The notes under the pieces: model-generated
What the model saw: the letters and a program-made list of their open reading frames with translations, nothing else
Databases searched by the model: none
What the model was told of the DNA's origin: nothing
Program-made: the position numbers and the translations under genes
Origin: Hadesarchaea archaeon
GTDB lineage: Archaea; Hadarchaeota; Hadarchaeia; Hadarchaeales; Hadarchaeaceae
Direction of reading: 5' to 3'
Length of the DNA: 64,000 nucleotides
Assembly (NCBI GenBank): GCA_029259175.1
Contig: JAPDJH010000004.1
Coordinates: 96,001-160,000 of the forward strand
Shown: positions 1-11,428 of the stretch, in pieces
Layout of the letters: each line of letters begins with the position of its first letter
Numbering within the stretch: the first letter of the stretch is position 1

Positions 1-1
1 T

Positions 2-1537
2 CCAGCCCTCCGCCCAAGGAGCGGGGGTTCCCATCCCTATCTGGCGAGTGCAAGGCCACTCGCGGAGCCACTCGATGGTGTGTTCGAACTGGGCGCGAGT
101 TTCGGGTGGGACCAAGTGCATGCGGGCAAGGCATTCGCGGGCCTTGCGCTTCCAGTCCGGGTCGGCATAGTTCAGGAACCACTGGTCTTCAACCACCTTG
201 ACGACGACTTGAGAGTTGCAGCGGCACACGACTGGCTTGGCCGAGAACTCGTACATAATTGCGGCCTCGCGGTTGGCCAGCATGTCGTTTCTCACGGCCT
301 GCTTGGCCTCCGAAACTGGCATCCCACCATACTTAGGAACCCAGTCCCGCATGCGTCCTTTAGCGAACTCGTTACGGTAGACTTCCGCTGTGGCTTCCTC
401 CAGCTTTGGGTCTCGCTGATCAGTAATGCCCATACGATTTACCACGTCTATCGCCGGGTGTTCTCCATAACCGGGTGTCTCGATGAGGGAAATCGGCTCT
501 AGCTGCTCAACCAGCGCAGGATCGATGCCAAATGCTTTCAGGCGCTCCGGGTCGCGCTGAATCTCAACCAAGGCAATGTGATCGTAGGGGGCGTGAGAAG
601 GGACAGAGCCCACCACTCCAGTGGCGTTGTCGGGATCAACAAACGAAGCTGGCAAAATCGGGACACGCTTGTGGGTGAGAGGGACTTCAACCTCCTGAGA
701 GAAATCTATATTGAACGGCTCCACTTTCCCCACTTCATAGCCCTGAAGCTTGAGCTTCTCGACCGCCTGCTCGCTGACCACCCACTGCTCACCGTTGACC
801 TCCGCAACCACATAGTTGGCCTCGGGATTCAACCAGAGATTGGTCACTCCAAAAACGGTTTCTGGCCGCAGAGTGGCGGCAGGCAGCACCAAATCGCCAA
901 GGCGATACTTCAACAACGTGAACTCCAAGATCTCGACGCCTTCTCCCTCAAGCAAATCGTGGTCGGTCACAGGGTTGCCGCACCGTGGGCACCACTTGAC
1001 CGGATGGCGCCCCTTCACTATCAAACCGGCATCCCAGAGCTTGTGATACTGCCAAGTGATGAAGCGCTGGTAGTGGGGATCCACGGTGGTGAATTCGCGG
1101 CGCCAGTCGATAGAGTACCCGAGCCACTCCATTCCCTTGCGATAGCTGAGATCGCTTTCTTTTGCGAAATAGGTGGCGAAGCGGTGCGGGTTCTCGAACT
1201 CTTTCAAACGCTCCGGAGGAACACCGTAGCGTTCGGTTAGGACTTTAACGAACTGAGGGTCGCGGCGTTCGACACGTTTGGCCGCACCGACGATCGGAGT
1301 GCCAGTGAAGTGGTAGGCCATGGGGAAGAGGACGTTGAAGCCGCGCATGCGCTTGTAGCGGGCAATAACGTCTGGGACGGTGTAGGTGCGGCCGTGGCCG
1401 ATGTGCATAGGGCCGCTGACGTAGGGGTATGCGACCGTGAGGTAGAACTTTGGACGGTCATCTGGGTTCGCCTCGAACAACTTGGCCTCGCGCCATTTCT
1501 GTTGCCAGCGCGCATCCAGCTCCTGCCAGTTCACCAT
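2..1537 (-). CDS. leuS: Leucyl-tRNA synthetase (5' part; runs off window start)
   Basis: Manual translation from ATG at 1537: MVNWQELDARWQQKWREAKLFEANPDDRPKFYLTVAYPYVSGPMHIGHGRTY (class I HIGH motif, archaeal LeuRS N-terminus). Missing from the ORF track because there is no stop in the window. Confidence 0.93.
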   Translation of the reverse strand, partial: MVNWQELDARWQQKWREAKLFEANPDDRPKFYLTVAYPYVSGPMHIGHGRTYTVPDVIARYKRMRGFNVLFPMAYHFTGTPIVGAAKRVERRDPQFVKVLTERYGVPPERLKEFENPHRFATYFAKESDLSYRKGMEWLGYSIDWRREFTTVDPHYQRFITWQYHKLWDAGLIVKGRHPVKWCPRCGNPVTDHDLLEGEGVEILEFTLLKYRLGDLVLPAATLRPETVFGVTNLWLNPEANYVVAEVNGEQWVVSEQAVEKLKLQGYEVGKVEPFNIDFSQEVEVPLTHKRVPILPASFVDPDNATGVVGSVPSHAPYDHIALVEIQRDPERLKAFGIDPALVEQLEPISLIETPGYGEHPAIDVVNRMGITDQRDPKLEEATAEVYRNEFAKGRMRDWVPKYGGMPVSEAKQAVRNDMLANREAAIMYEFSAKPVVCRCNSQVVVKVVEDQWFLNYADPDWKRKARECLARMHLVPPETRAQFEHTIEWLREWPCTRQIGMGTPAPWAEGW

Positions 1538-1628
1538 ACAACCACTGCCTACATTTCATCGAGGAAATAAAAAATAAAACTGAGGCTCGGGTAGTTGTTA
1601 TAAATATAACAAATGTGGTGTTTTGAAT

Positions 1629-2081
1629 TCACCCATTTTCCAAGTAAGCAAAGAGAGCCACTATTCCCAGAACCGCTAACGCCCAGTTCACAAACCGATC
1701 TGACGACCTGAAGAGACCCAGACCCACGCGTCTGTTGGATAGCGGCCAAAAAGGTCTGAACTTCGCAAAAGTGGCCATATCCCCCACCAAGTGCAACACA
1801 ACACCGAGAAACGCTCCGATAAACCCGGACCAAAAACCAAATCCCAGCCAGAGAAAAACTCCACCACTAAGCACGGCCATAACGACTGCGCCGAAAATCG
1901 AATGAGTCAGCGGCCCGCGGTGCTCCACGAATCCACCTGTTCGGATATCTAGGTCGGGGAACACCGAAAATACAACTGTGAGGGCGATTATGGGGAGACC
2001 GAGGGCTGGCGGATATCGAAAAAACATCATGCTGGCCGACATCACTGCCAGAGAGAAACCGGCATGACCTTCGGGCCGCAT
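1629..2081 (-). CDS. Membrane-bound metal-dependent hydrolase (YbcI/YdjM-like)
   Basis: H...PDLD...HRGPLTHS...HLVGD motifs with hydrophobic helices. Confidence 0.8.
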   Translation of the reverse strand: MRPEGHAGFSLAVMSASMMFFRYPPALGLPIIALTVVFSVFPDLDIRTGGFVEHRGPLTHSIFGAVVMAVLSGGVFLWLGFGFWSGFIGAFLGVVLHLVGDMATFAKFRPFWPLSNRRVGLGLFRSSDRFVNWALAVLGIVALFAYLENG

Positions 2082-2087
2082 GGAGGC

Positions 2088-4808
2088 TCAGCTGGAGAGG
2101 ATCTCTATTGCTCGCTCCAAAGCTCTCGGAAGCGACTCCGGTTTGGTCCCTCCTCCTTGCCCGAGATGAGGTTTCCCGCCGCCACCTCCCCCTATCTCGC
2201 GCGAGATCTCTGCAGCGATCTGACCGCAATTCACCCCCGATTTCACGGCCTCCGGGCCAGCCATCACCACCACGCGGGGTCTATCGCGTCTGGAACCGAG
2301 CACCACTACCAGCGCTGGATTCTCTCTGGTGAGCACCTCGGCGGCCTTCACGAGCTCCTCGGCGCTCGCATCGACTTCCTCACAGATCACCCGACGCCCG
2401 CCCACTTCTCTGACTTTTTCCTTCAAGCTCTTGGACAACAAGTCGGCAACCTGCTCCTTCAGCCTCTCCGCCTCTTTGCTCGCCGCTTTCCAATCCTGGA
2501 AGAGGCGCTCGACCGAAGAGGCCAGCTTCTCCGGTGGAACACGAAGAATCGTTGTGGCTCGCTGCACCTGCTCCTCCAGAGCGCGGAGATAGCTCAGGGC
2601 GGCATCTCCAACAGCAAACTCGATGCGCTCGATTCCGTCCTGGATTCGCTCCGTTCGCAGGATCTTGAAGAAACCCACCTCTCCTGTCCGCGTGCAGTGA
2701 GTCCCCGCACAGGCTTGCACGTCCCAGTCCTCGATTTCTACCACTCGAAGACGCTTTCCCGGAATAACTCCTCCCTGATAGAGCACAAAACCGAACTTGC
2801 GCTCCGCGGCGACCCTGTCCATCCACGCAGTGCGAACCGGTCTGTTCTCCCGAATTACTTGATTGCAGAGGCGCTCGATTTCTTGTAGCTGCTCGGGCGT
2901 AATCCGCTTGAAATGCGAGACATCCAATCTGCTGCGGTCCTCTCCTTTCTGCGCCCCTTGTTGCCACACGTGATCGCCCAAAACACGCCGCAACGCGCCA
3001 AGCAGGATGTGAGTTCCCGTGTGGTGAGCCATGAGAGCCTGTCTGCGCTTCCAGTCGATCCGGCCACGCACCATCTGCCCGCGTTTGAACGGATTGTTCT
3101 CCAGCCTGTGCAACACCACATCACCGACCTTCACGACTTCGGTGACCCTCGCCTTCCCCGCTTTGCCCTCTATCTCTCCCAAGTCCGACGGCTGACCGCC
3201 TCCCTCTGGGTAAAATGCTGTGCGATCAAGCACCACATAATCATCAATCACGCCCACGACCTTTGCTGAGAACTCCTGCGTATATGGAGCAGCGTAGTAC
3301 AAGAGCTTGGTCGGCGTCAGTCCTTTCAACCGCTCTTCAGATACGGGGGAGACTTGGGCCACCACGTGACGCGGCCTGCTGTGAAGCTTCGCGACCTTGA
3401 TGTAGAAGTCTTCCGGAATCCTCACCTCAACTCCAAGACCTCCAGCCACTTCTCTCACCAGCTCGGGAGGAAGACCGTGAGTGTCGTAAAGCATCAAGAT
3501 TTCCGATTCCGAAAAGCCCTGACCTCTAGATCTCAGCTCTTCCGCCATTCGCTCGACCAGCGCCCGCCCGCGCTTGAGGGTGTCCCGGTACTTCCGCTCC
3601 TCGTGCGCACAGACCTCAAGGATATAATCCCGTTTTTCTCTCATTTCCGGGAACTGCGGCGCCGAGAAATCCAGCATCTTGGCCATGAGCTCCGGCAACC
3701 TGACCTCCATTCGGATTTCGTCCATGAGCCTAAGAGTTCTCCTCAGCACCAGGCGCGCGAGGTATCCCTCCCGGACGTTGCTGGGCGTTATCCCATCTGC
3801 AAACATGAATGCCAAGCAACGCAGGTGATCGGCGATCGCGTAGACCCCTTCGATCGGTGAAAGCATACGGTCAAGCTCTTCTACTGAAACCCCCGTTCGC
3901 TCGGAGAGTTTAGAGCGCAGAATGTGGAGGTCGCGGCCGCTCTCGATATCGAGCACCCCAGCGAGCTTCGAGTTCTCCTGCAGGATTTCTGGCGGTGGAA
4001 GCTGGACACCGGCCATGCCTCGCAACTCGTCGATGAGCCGGCCGAAGATGGCCTCATAGCTCGTGGGGGTCCCCTGGGTAAGCCACACAAAGCGCTCCAA
4101 ACCATAGCCGGTGTCAACGATTTCAAGAGGGATGGGCCGGTAGTTGCCACTCTCCCCCGCGTAGTGCATGAAGACAAGCGTTGCGACCTCTAGGCCACGC
4201 ACGTTGACTTCAAAATCCTCTCCAGCGTTTCCACCGCCCTCCCACATCCCCTCAATGTAGGTGATTTCCTCTGGCCTTATCCGCAGGGTTCGGGTAAGAA
4301 ATTCATGACAGTACTGGACGGTCTCGTGATTCCAGTAAATCCGCCTGGTGCGCGTGTTGAAGGCGTGGTGTCCGCCCATGAAGAACAGGGTGAAGTGACG
4401 TCCAGAGCGCCCCACATTGTCGATGTCTTTGAGCCTGATGCTCGGCTGGCTTACGACAAGGGGATTCGCAGGCGGAGGCACTTGACCGCTCGTGACCCAC
4501 GGCTGAAAGTTTGCAATCGATGCGATGGTGAGAAAGATATCATCGCGCCAGCGGGCCACGACCGGGTAACGCGGGATCACCTCGTGCCCCCGACGCTTGA
4601 AGAAACGAAGAAACGCTCGCTCGAACTCCTGCAAGGTATAGGGCTTGCGGGTCGGAGGATTTCCAATAAACGAATATTCCACACACGGCGTGTCACCGCA
4701 GAGTTCACGTTCGGGATCAAGCGTCCAGAAAAATCTCCCGCAACTCTTACACTTCCGCTGCGTGAAGCCCTCTTCCTTGAACAGCTTGACGTGATAAATT
4801 TCGCTCAT
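2088..4808 (-). CDS. alaS: Alanyl-tRNA synthetase
   Basis: Archaeal AlaRS N-terminal CxxC, DTGYGLER, HTGTH editing motif, C-terminal DHHA1 GGGGGKP; probable start MSEIY at 4808. Confidence 0.97.
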   Translation of the reverse strand: MSEIYHVKLFKEEGFTQRKCKSCGRFFWTLDPERELCGDTPCVEYSFIGNPPTRKPYTLQEFERAFLRFFKRRGHEVIPRYPVVARWRDDIFLTIASIANFQPWVTSGQVPPPANPLVVSQPSIRLKDIDNVGRSGRHFTLFFMGGHHAFNTRTRRIYWNHETVQYCHEFLTRTLRIRPEEITYIEGMWEGGGNAGEDFEVNVRGLEVATLVFMHYAGESGNYRPIPLEIVDTGYGLERFVWLTQGTPTSYEAIFGRLIDELRGMAGVQLPPPEILQENSKLAGVLDIESGRDLHILRSKLSERTGVSVEELDRMLSPIEGVYAIADHLRCLAFMFADGITPSNVREGYLARLVLRRTLRLMDEIRMEVRLPELMAKMLDFSAPQFPEMREKRDYILEVCAHEERKYRDTLKRGRALVERMAEELRSRGQGFSESEILMLYDTHGLPPELVREVAGGLGVEVRIPEDFYIKVAKLHSRPRHVVAQVSPVSEERLKGLTPTKLLYYAAPYTQEFSAKVVGVIDDYVVLDRTAFYPEGGGQPSDLGEIEGKAGKARVTEVVKVGDVVLHRLENNPFKRGQMVRGRIDWKRRQALMAHHTGTHILLGALRRVLGDHVWQQGAQKGEDRSRLDVSHFKRITPEQLQEIERLCNQVIRENRPVRTAWMDRVAAERKFGFVLYQGGVIPGKRLRVVEIEDWDVQACAGTHCTRTGEVGFFKILRTERIQDGIERIEFAVGDAALSYLRALEEQVQRATTILRVPPEKLASSVERLFQDWKAASKEAERLKEQVADLLSKSLKEKVREVGGRRVICEEVDASAEELVKAAEVLTRENPALVVVLGSRRDRPRVVVMAGPEAVKSGVNCGQIAAEISREIGGGGGGKPHLGQGGGTKPESLPRALERAIEILSS

Positions 4809-4847
4809 CCACACCAATACGGGAATCAACGGTTAAAAACCGCGATG

Positions 4848-5228
4848 CTACTTGGCAAGAATCTCCTCGATTTTTTTGATCAGCGCCTCGGGGTCGAACG
4901 GCTTCACGATGTAGTCTGAAGCTCCTAGTTCTTTCACACCTTTTTTCAGAGTATCCGGGATGTCGAGCGCCGTTAGGAGCGCCACCTTTTGGCCGGGATT
5001 GGTTTTTCTGATTTCCTTGTAAACCTCCCAGCCGTCCATTTCCGGCATCATGATGTCGAGCAGAACCAGATCCGGTTTCTCTTGAGAGTAGCTGTCAAGA
5101 AACTCCTTCGGATTGGTGTATCCGACAAACTCGTGCCCGGCGCGCGTGATTATTTTTTGCAAAAGTTTCACAATATCTGGCTCATCGTCAACCGCCACAA
5201 TTTTCTTCATTGGCTTTGCACCAACCAT
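4848..5228 (-). CDS. Single-domain response regulator (CheY-like receiver)
   Basis: VDDE, LLDIMMPEMDG, T and KPF receiver motifs. Confidence 0.9.
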   Translation of the reverse strand: MVGAKPMKKIVAVDDEPDIVKLLQKIITRAGHEFVGYTNPKEFLDSYSQEKPDLVLLDIMMPEMDGWEVYKEIRKTNPGQKVALLTALDIPDTLKKGVKELGASDYIVKPFDPEALIKKIEEILAK

Positions 5229-5325
5229 TTCTGCAGGAATGTCGTTATAAACATTTCATTACCCATAAAAGATGCTGTTCAAATAACCACCTCCAGCCAC
5301 TTCTTTAACCCACCATCGCCCCCGG

Positions 5326-5538
5326 ATGGAGGCCCCTTCAGTGTTTGATACCACCTGCAGCGGTTGTAGAAGAAGACGAAGGCCCAGCTGTTCTGTGGTG
5401 AACGGCACACTTCCGGGATTGCTCCGCTGGTGTGAGGAGCACAACACGCCGGCTTTGTTGTATGGAACAACCGTTGCGGCATGTTCGAAAATCCCGAATT
5501 TGCCTTATTTTTGCCCGTACGCCCGTCGCAGTCCTTAA
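5326..5538 (+). CDS. Putative Cys-rich small protein
   Basis: 70-aa ORF filling the gap between divergent/convergent genes; CSGC...C...C..H...C...CPY; TTTAA box ~20 nt upstream. Confidence 0.35.
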   Translation: MEAPSVFDTTCSGCRRRRRPSCSVVNGTLPGLLRWCEEHNTPALLYGTTVAACSKIPNLPYFCPYARRSP

Positions 5539-5548
5539 GCAAGGGGGT

Positions 5549-5884
5549 TCAGCCGAAAAGCGCGCCAAGTCCTGAGAGTGCCTCTTCTTCCTTTTTCTCC
5601 TCTTCTTTCTTCTCCTCTTTCTTCTCAGCTGGTTTTTCCTCGGCTTTCTCTGCGGGCGCCGCAGGAGCCGCCGCTGGCGCTGCAACGGGTACTGCCGCGC
5701 TCTTGATCGCCTCGTCGATGTTGACCCCTTCGAGCGCAGCTACCAATGCCTTGACTCTGGCCTCGTCCACTTCCACACCGGCCGCTTTCAGGATATTGGT
5801 TATCCCCTGCTCGTCCACCGGCTTGCCCGCCGCGTGCAGCACGAGCGCCGCATGGATATATTCCATTCCACTCACCTCCATCAC
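5549..5884 (-). CDS. rpl12: 50S ribosomal protein P1/L12
   Basis: [12 protein letters not shown]-terminus, Ala-rich hinge, acidic GLGALFG C-terminus. Confidence 0.96.
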   Translation of the reverse strand: MMEVSGMEYIHAALVLHAAGKPVDEQGITNILKAAGVEVDEARVKALVAALEGVNIDEAIKSAAVPVAAPAAAPAAPAEKAEEKPAEKKEEKKEEEKKEEEALSGLGALFG

Positions 5885-6909
5885 CCGAACAACGCACCCA
5901 ACCCTGATAGCTCTTCTCCCTTTTCTTCCTTTTCCTCCTCTTTAGGCTTTTCCTCCGGGGGTTTTTCTTCTTTTTGTTCTGCTGGCGGAGGAGCCGGAGC
6001 CTCTTGCACCACCAGCCCCCTGAGCTCTTCATCCAAACAGGCCTCGTTTTGCTTTCCGGCAAAGCCCGCTAAGGCGAGCATCTCGTACCTGGCAAGAGAC
6101 AGCAAATCGGTAATCACATCCCGGGCTGGGAATCGGGCGTTCAAGGCCAGATTGCGTGCGTTCATGGCAGCTTCGGCAATGAACAGCGGAACCGTCTGAC
6201 TGGTCGGATACCCGACATTGAACGCCAGATTGAACGCCCACGAAGCCGCTTGCTGCACCTCACCGGTGGTCTTTTGCTCATCGATCTCCAGCAAATCGCT
6301 TGAGAATATCAGACCATCTTGATATGCAGCCCTCAATTTGAGCCCGAGCTCTACCGGCATTATGTTGAATTTGGCCAAAATGTCAGCAATTTGCGGAGTT
6401 ATCACATCGCCGGCTTTCACGAGTGGACAGTCCTCGAGAATCACCACCTTTCCGGCTTGAATGCGTGCTTTTATCCCAACGCGCTGGAGTTCTCCAACCA
6501 CCGGGCCCGGGGGGAGATCTGTTTCTCCTGCCGGGATCACAATATCCTGGGCGGCTCTAGATCCCGGCTTCGCTGGCGCTTTGGTTTTGTTCTCCCGGAG
6601 GAACTTGCTCAGCTTGAACGCGTCCATGTCGGTGAGAATCACCGCCGTGGGTCCCTCTATCATATCTGCCAGCTTGGCCAGATCTGGACGGCTCTGAGCG
6701 ACCTTTGCGATCGCCAGTCTCAGGAGAGTGTTTTTCACCACCCGTATGGTCGCGCGTTCTCGCAGTTTTTCCCGGATTTCTTGGAATTGTTTTGCCGGCA
6801 GCTCCGTGATATCAGCTATTCCTATGACAGAGGTCTCTTGGAGTTGCTTGGCAAACTCTTCAACGAATCCCTTCTTCCATTCCGCCACGTGAGCCGTTTT
6901 TGCGACCAT
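5881..6909 (-). CDS. rpl10: 50S ribosomal protein L10 (P0)
   Basis: [31 protein letters not shown] tail. Confidence 0.96.
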   Translation of the reverse strand: MVAKTAHVAEWKKGFVEEFAKQLQETSVIGIADITELPAKQFQEIREKLRERATIRVVKNTLLRLAIAKVAQSRPDLAKLADMIEGPTAVILTDMDAFKLSKFLRENKTKAPAKPGSRAAQDIVIPAGETDLPPGPVVGELQRVGIKARIQAGKVVILEDCPLVKAGDVITPQIADILAKFNIMPVELGLKLRAAYQDGLIFSSDLLEIDEQKTTGEVQQAASWAFNLAFNVGYPTSQTVPLFIAEAAMNARNLALNARFPARDVITDLLSLARYEMLALAGFAGKQNEACLDEELRGLVVQEAPAPPPAEQKEEKPPEEKPKEEEKEEKGEELSGLGALFG

Positions 6910-6912
6910 CTA

Positions 6913-7572
6913 TTATCCCTCCACCATTCCTATCTTGACGGGTTTTCCCATTGTGGTTTTAACGTAGACGGTCTTGATCCGCCCACCCAAATCGGAAAGT
7001 TTGCGATCGACCTCCTCCAGCACAGCTAAGGCGTTTTCCGCCAGCTGTCCTTCATCCATTTTTTCACTCCCGATTTTGGTGTTGAGACACAGCTGTCCCT
7101 TGTTCATGAGGCGAACCGTTCTCCTTAGCCGCTCTATTATGGGTATGGGATTGGCTGTGGCCGGGATGGGTCGAGGCATTTTACCTCGTGGTCCCAGCAC
7201 AGGACCGAAAACCTTGCCGATCAGCACCATCAGATCTGCCTGAGCCAAACACATGTCGAACTGCTCAGCTATTTTTTTGATTTCCTTTCGCTGGCCTTGC
7301 AACCGTTGGATCTCCCCTTTTCCCATAACCCGATCGGCTCCTCCTTCTCGAGCGAGTCTCGCCAGTTCTCCGTCGGCAAACACGAACACACGATTTGGTT
7401 TTCCGAGTCCGTGAGGCAGCACCACATCCAGCGTTATGCGGCTTTCCGGTTTCTTGGGATCGAGACCCTCAAGGGCAATCAGTAACTCCATCGACTGCTC
7501 GAAATTCCTCGGTTTGGACTGTTCTTTCGCCTGCCTGATAGCTTGCACCAACGCCTCCTTGCTCACGGTCAT
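6913..7572 (-). CDS. rpl1: 50S ribosomal protein L1
   Basis: [24 protein letters not shown]. Confidence 0.96.
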   Translation of the reverse strand: MTVSKEALVQAIRQAKEQSKPRNFEQSMELLIALEGLDPKKPESRITLDVVLPHGLGKPNRVFVFADGELARLAREGGADRVMGKGEIQRLQGQRKEIKKIAEQFDMCLAQADLMVLIGKVFGPVLGPRGKMPRPIPATANPIPIIERLRRTVRLMNKGQLCLNTKIGSEKMDEGQLAENALAVLEEVDRKLSDLGGRIKTVYVKTTMGKPVKIGMVEG

Positions 7573-8045
7573 TCTTTCAACACCTCGTCGTGTTTTCCAG
7601 CGTCTACTTCCTGCTGGATTTCGCGCGGATCTCTTCCCTCCACTGTCACGCCCATGCTGACGCAGGTGCCTAGAACCTCTTTCACCGCAGCTTTCAGTGT
7701 TTTGGCCAAGCTGCCGGACCGCTTGACTTTGGCAATCTGGACGACCTGCTGCAGAGAGAGATTTCCGACCACTTCGCTGCCAGCCGTCTTGGCCCCCTTT
7801 TCAACGCCGAGTTCCTTCTTTATCAGGGCAGAGACAGGAGGTGAACCCACCTTGACATCAAAACTTTTGGTCTTTGGGTCAACGATCACGGTCACTGGGA
7901 CAGTCATCCCGGCAAACTCCTTGGTTCGCTCGTTTATTTTTGCTACCACTTGCCCCACGTTTATGCCGAAAGGACCGAGCGCTGGACCTAGAGGCGGCCC
8001 AGCGGATGCCTTCCCTCCTTCGACCAGCAATTTGATTTCTGGCAC
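7569..8045 (-). CDS. rpl11: 50S ribosomal protein L11
   Basis: [24 protein letters not shown]. Confidence 0.97.
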   Translation of the reverse strand: MPEIKLLVEGGKASAGPPLGPALGPFGINVGQVVAKINERTKEFAGMTVPVTVIVDPKTKSFDVKVGSPPVSALIKKELGVEKGAKTAGSEVVGNLSLQQVVQIAKVKRSGSLAKTLKAAVKEVLGTCVSMGVTVEGRDPREIQQEVDAGKHDEVLKE

Positions 8046-8096
8046 AGCCCATCACCCGGCTTTCTCTCAAAAGTAGCAGACGAGGTTATAAATAGA

Positions 8097-8606
8097 CTAC
8101 GAGGGGGAGCCCTCCATTTCTTCCTTGCGCTGGATGATTTTCACGGCGTCACCGCGCACGGTAACAGGGATGGGCACGGTCGCCTCAATCAGTTCGACCG
8201 TTATCTCCTCCTTGCTCTCATCGATTCGAATTATCTTTGCACGCTCCCCTTTGAACGGACCAGAGGAGATCTCCACCAAATCTCCTACGTTCATCCGGAT
8301 CACGCTTGGCCGCGGCGTCAGGAACTGCTCGAGCTGCTCCATGGGCACTTCTCCGCTCACCACCCCTTTTGCGTGCTTCACCCCGGCGCGCAGTCTTTCC
8401 ACGAAGTGGCGGCCACCAAAAACTTCGACGAACACATAACCCCGTATATCCGGTGGAGCAAGAATGCTGAGCAGATCCTTCATTCCGTAATTTTTTGCTC
8501 TTCCGTCCAGCATATCCGCCGCAGTTTTTTCCTGACCCACCGTTGTTCTCAGCGCAAAGAGCTGTGGCTTGCGCTCTGTTTGACCTTCGGTTTTCTCCTC
8601 AGCCAC
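8097..8606 (-). CDS. spt5: Transcription elongation factor Spt5/NusG
   Basis: NGN domain (TTVGQE, GYVFVE) plus KOW (GDLVEISSGPFKG). Confidence 0.95.
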   Translation of the reverse strand: MAEEKTEGQTERKPQLFALRTTVGQEKTAADMLDGRAKNYGMKDLLSILAPPDIRGYVFVEVFGGRHFVERLRAGVKHAKGVVSGEVPMEQLEQFLTPRPSVIRMNVGDLVEISSGPFKGERAKIIRIDESKEEITVELIEATVPIPVTVRGDAVKIIQRKEEMEGSPS

Positions 8607-8773
8607 TATACTCCACCCCCTACCATAGAAGCTATTAGCATTATTATGTAGCCCAAGATTCCAATCAAGATAATCCCCAGCCCGGTTATCTTGGCCACCT
8701 GGAGATACTCGTCTCGGTCTGGTTTCCTAGCTACCTGAAACATTCGTTTGCAGTTCTGGATGAACTCCCCCAT
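8606..8773 (-). CDS. secE: Protein translocase subunit SecE/Sec61-gamma (55 aa)
   Basis: Manual translation MGEFIQNCKRMFQVARKPDRDEYLQVAKITGLGIILIGILGYII...; conserved ftsZ-secE-spt5 order. Confidence 0.93.
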   Translation of the reverse strand: MGEFIQNCKRMFQVARKPDRDEYLQVAKITGLGIILIGILGYIIMLIASMVGGGV

Positions 8774-9901
8774 CTACACCGGCTCCAAACCGAGCTCTGT
8801 TAGTTCTACTCGCTTCGGAGGCCTGCCGGCGGGACCCATCACGTAGGGAGAGTGAACCCCCGAGAGAACGACGAGCACACGAATCGCGTTCCGCATCTCT
8901 TCAGAAAGCTGGGCACCCCAAATCAAGTGCGCCTCGGGGTCAAGGACTTCCGAAACTTTGGCCACCACCCGCTCGGCTTCGGTGACGGTGAGATCCGGAC
9001 TCCCTATGACGTTCACCAGCGCGCCTTTGGCATCAGTGACGTCCACGTCTAAGAGCGGGCTATTGAGCGCTTCGGCGGCCGCTTCTTCCGCACGATTGGC
9101 GGAGTCGGACTCTCCTATACCGAGTGCAGCGATCCCGCTATCTTGCAACACAGTCCGGATATCGGCGAAGTCCAGATTCACGAGGCCAGGCTTGGTTATC
9201 AGCTCTGTGATCCCTTTGATGGCATCAGTGAGCACCTTATCCGCCACCTCAAAGGCGGCCCCCAGCGGGAGGTTGGGCGCGAGCTGGAGCAACTTGTCGT
9301 TGGGGATCACTATGACGCTGTCGGCGACGTCCTTAAGCTTGTTGAGTCCCTTCATGGCATTGTTTATCCTCCTGCTGCCCTCCACGGTGAACGGCAGGGT
9401 CACGACACCGACCGTTAGAGCCTTGAGCTTGCGCGCGACCTCCGCGACTATGGGCGATGCACCGGTTCCCGTCCCTCCTCCCAGTCCGCACGTGACAAAG
9501 ACCATGTCGGCCCCGTAGAGGTGCTCCTTGATAACGGACTCGTCCTCCCGGGCGGCCGCCTCGCCCTTCTCCGGATCGTTTCCCGCCCCCAGTCCCCCGG
9601 TGACTTCCTGGCCTATCAGTATCTTGCGGTCAGCGGCAGCATAGAGCAGGTCTTGGGCGTCGGTGTTGAGGGCAATGGTTTCAGCCCCCTCGATCCCCAC
9701 TCTCATCATCCGGGAGATGGTGTTGCAGCCGGCACCTCCACAACCGACCACAATTATTCTGGCCTTGGCTTTCCGGAGAATTTCTTCGAGCTCCTCCTGA
9801 GTCACCCCCTTCGGCGCAGCGGGAGCTCTTGCCTTCGGAGCTGGTGCTATGCCCGGCTTGAACGTGAAACCAGTCTTTGGACTGAAGCCACCCTCGGGCA
9901 C
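8774..9901 (-). CDS. ftsZ: Cell division protein FtsZ
   Basis: [17 protein letters not shown] tubulin signature, NLDFAD. Confidence 0.97.
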   Translation of the reverse strand: MPEGGFSPKTGFTFKPGIAPAPKARAPAAPKGVTQEELEEILRKAKARIIVVGCGGAGCNTISRMMRVGIEGAETIALNTDAQDLLYAAADRKILIGQEVTGGLGAGNDPEKGEAAAREDESVIKEHLYGADMVFVTCGLGGGTGTGASPIVAEVARKLKALTVGVVTLPFTVEGSRRINNAMKGLNKLKDVADSVIVIPNDKLLQLAPNLPLGAAFEVADKVLTDAIKGITELITKPGLVNLDFADIRTVLQDSGIAALGIGESDSANRAEEAAAEALNSPLLDVDVTDAKGALVNVIGSPDLTVTEAERVVAKVSEVLDPEAHLIWGAQLSEEMRNAIRVLVVLSGVHSPYVMGPAGRPPKRVELTELGLEPV

Positions 9902-9905
9902 CTGC

Positions 9906-10712
9906 TCACCTGCGTTCAGAGTTATCCCGCGTTTGATTTAAGTCTTTCTTGAGGAGGGTTCCGGCCTTTACGACGGGAATTCCGAGCCGCTCTCCCACCC
10001 GGTTGCAAATCTCGCGTTGCTCCGCCGATGCTCCCTTCCAGTCCACCACGATATACTGCACACCGCCCGCGGTCCGCTCGATGGCCAGCTGCAACAACTC
10101 GTCCGAGAGAGATGCGTACTTTGGTATGATGTGTCCAATACCGATGTCTGTCTCCAGCGATACGCGGGTAAAGAGGGGCGCGTAGTGTATGCCGCCCACA
10201 CCAACGGCCCTCGAACAGCGCTCGGGAGAGAGCGCTGCCAGAGCCGCTCGCGCAGCTGCTTCCCCAGCTCTCTCGTCCTTCCACTCTGCTGGCGTGCTTC
10301 CGACCTCGATGAAAGTTACGGGAAGGGAAAAATCGGCTGGGCCGTGGTGCGTGGCCTCAAGCGAAACTTGGTATCCGAGCCGCAGATCGTCATTTGCTCG
10401 CTGAAGTTCTAACAAAGCGGCTCTTATGGTCTGAGGAGAAGCGATGGCTATCCGGCGCTGGTCCAAGAGTCCGGGAACATGGGTTGTCAGCGATGGACGC
10501 CCCGATTCGCTGGCGTGGCGTGAGAGCACGACTATTTCGCTCGCATCGATGGGTGGTGAAGCTAATTCGGTGCTCTCGGTTTCGATCAACAGCAGTATTG
10601 CGCCCGGTCTCTCATAGCCGCGCATGGTCTTTTTAAACCCACCAAGTTCGATCAGTTTTTGCGCGATGTTTGCTGCAGCCGGGTCTGATTTGGAAGCGAT
10701 GATTAGCTTCAT
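9906..10712 (-). CDS. dtdA: D-aminoacyl-tRNA deacylase (archaeal DTD2)
   Basis: [26 protein letters not shown] motifs; usual position upstream of ftsZ. Confidence 0.9.
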   Translation of the reverse strand: MKLIIASKSDPAAANIAQKLIELGGFKKTMRGYERPGAILLLIETESTELASPPIDASEIVVLSRHASESGRPSLTTHVPGLLDQRRIAIASPQTIRAALLELQRANDDLRLGYQVSLEATHHGPADFSLPVTFIEVGSTPAEWKDERAGEAAARAALAALSPERCSRAVGVGGIHYAPLFTRVSLETDIGIGHIIPKYASLSDELLQLAIERTAGGVQYIVVDWKGASAEQREICNRVGERLGIPVVKAGTLLKKDLNQTRDNSERR

Positions 10713-10797
10713 CCGCTAGACACTGGACGTTAAACAGTTAAATGTGTGCGTCATGGAGAGAAAGTACTAATAATATTCGAGCACACCAAGTTTTTGG

Positions 10798-11349
10798 ATG
10801 AACGTCCCGGCACTTCTTAGTCCAGAGCGTGAGTTCTATCTCATCAAAGAGAAGTTTTGGGACTGGGGCAGCGGGGACATCTACGATGAACGGGGAAACA
10901 CTATTGGACGAATGAAGCGCAAGGTGTTGTCCCTGCGCTCTCTAATAACTGTGATGGACCTAAACGGCGAACCCATTTTCACTATTAATCAAAAATTGGC
11001 GTCTTTGCGATCGTGTTTCGACATAAAAGACAAAGATGGGAGGTTGATCGGGAGGACTAAGAAGAAAATCCTCTCCTTGTTCAGGCCAAAGCTGTGGCTG
11101 GAGGACCAATTTGGTAACCAGATATTGGAGGCCCAAGGGTCGTTTGCTGGCTGGGATTTTGTAATTAGAGATAAAACGGGTAAAACGCTAGCCGAGGTCC
11201 GAAAGCTGGACAGGTGGCGCGATGTGTGGCTTGGCGGAGTTTTTGATTTTAGCGACACATATGCGGTCAAAGTTCTTGAGAAGAACTGCGATCGGCGGCT
11301 GGTGCTTGGATTCGTGCTTGCCATAGACAACAGCGTGCACGATAGATAG
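10798..11349 (+). CDS. LURP-one/scramblase (Tubby C-terminal-like) family protein
   Basis: Repeated beta units with (D/K)G..IG..KKK, C-terminal LGFVLAID. Confidence 0.75.
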   Translation: MNVPALLSPEREFYLIKEKFWDWGSGDIYDERGNTIGRMKRKVLSLRSLITVMDLNGEPIFTINQKLASLRSCFDIKDKDGRLIGRTKKKILSLFRPKLWLEDQFGNQILEAQGSFAGWDFVIRDKTGKTLAEVRKLDRWRDVWLGGVFDFSDTYAVKVLEKNCDRRLVLGFVLAIDNSVHDR

Positions 11350-11361
11350 TTCGCTGACAAA

Positions 11362-11386
11362 AAACAAATGAGCCTAGTGGGATTCG
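11362..11386 (-). repeat. Degenerate copy of the tRNA-Val 3' end (att-like direct repeat of 12721-12745)
   Basis: aaacaaatgagcctagtgggattcg versus aaacaaatgggcccggtgggattcg, 22/25 identical. Confidence 0.7.
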
Positions 11387-11428
11387 GTCGTTAGAAGGGT
11401 TGAGTGAGTAAAAATGAGCATTTTGGGG

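Noticed and set aside
80-4919. Many long plus-strand ORFs in the track
   Set aside because: Antisense shadows of leuS and alaS in GC-rich DNA; the same applies elsewhere in the window
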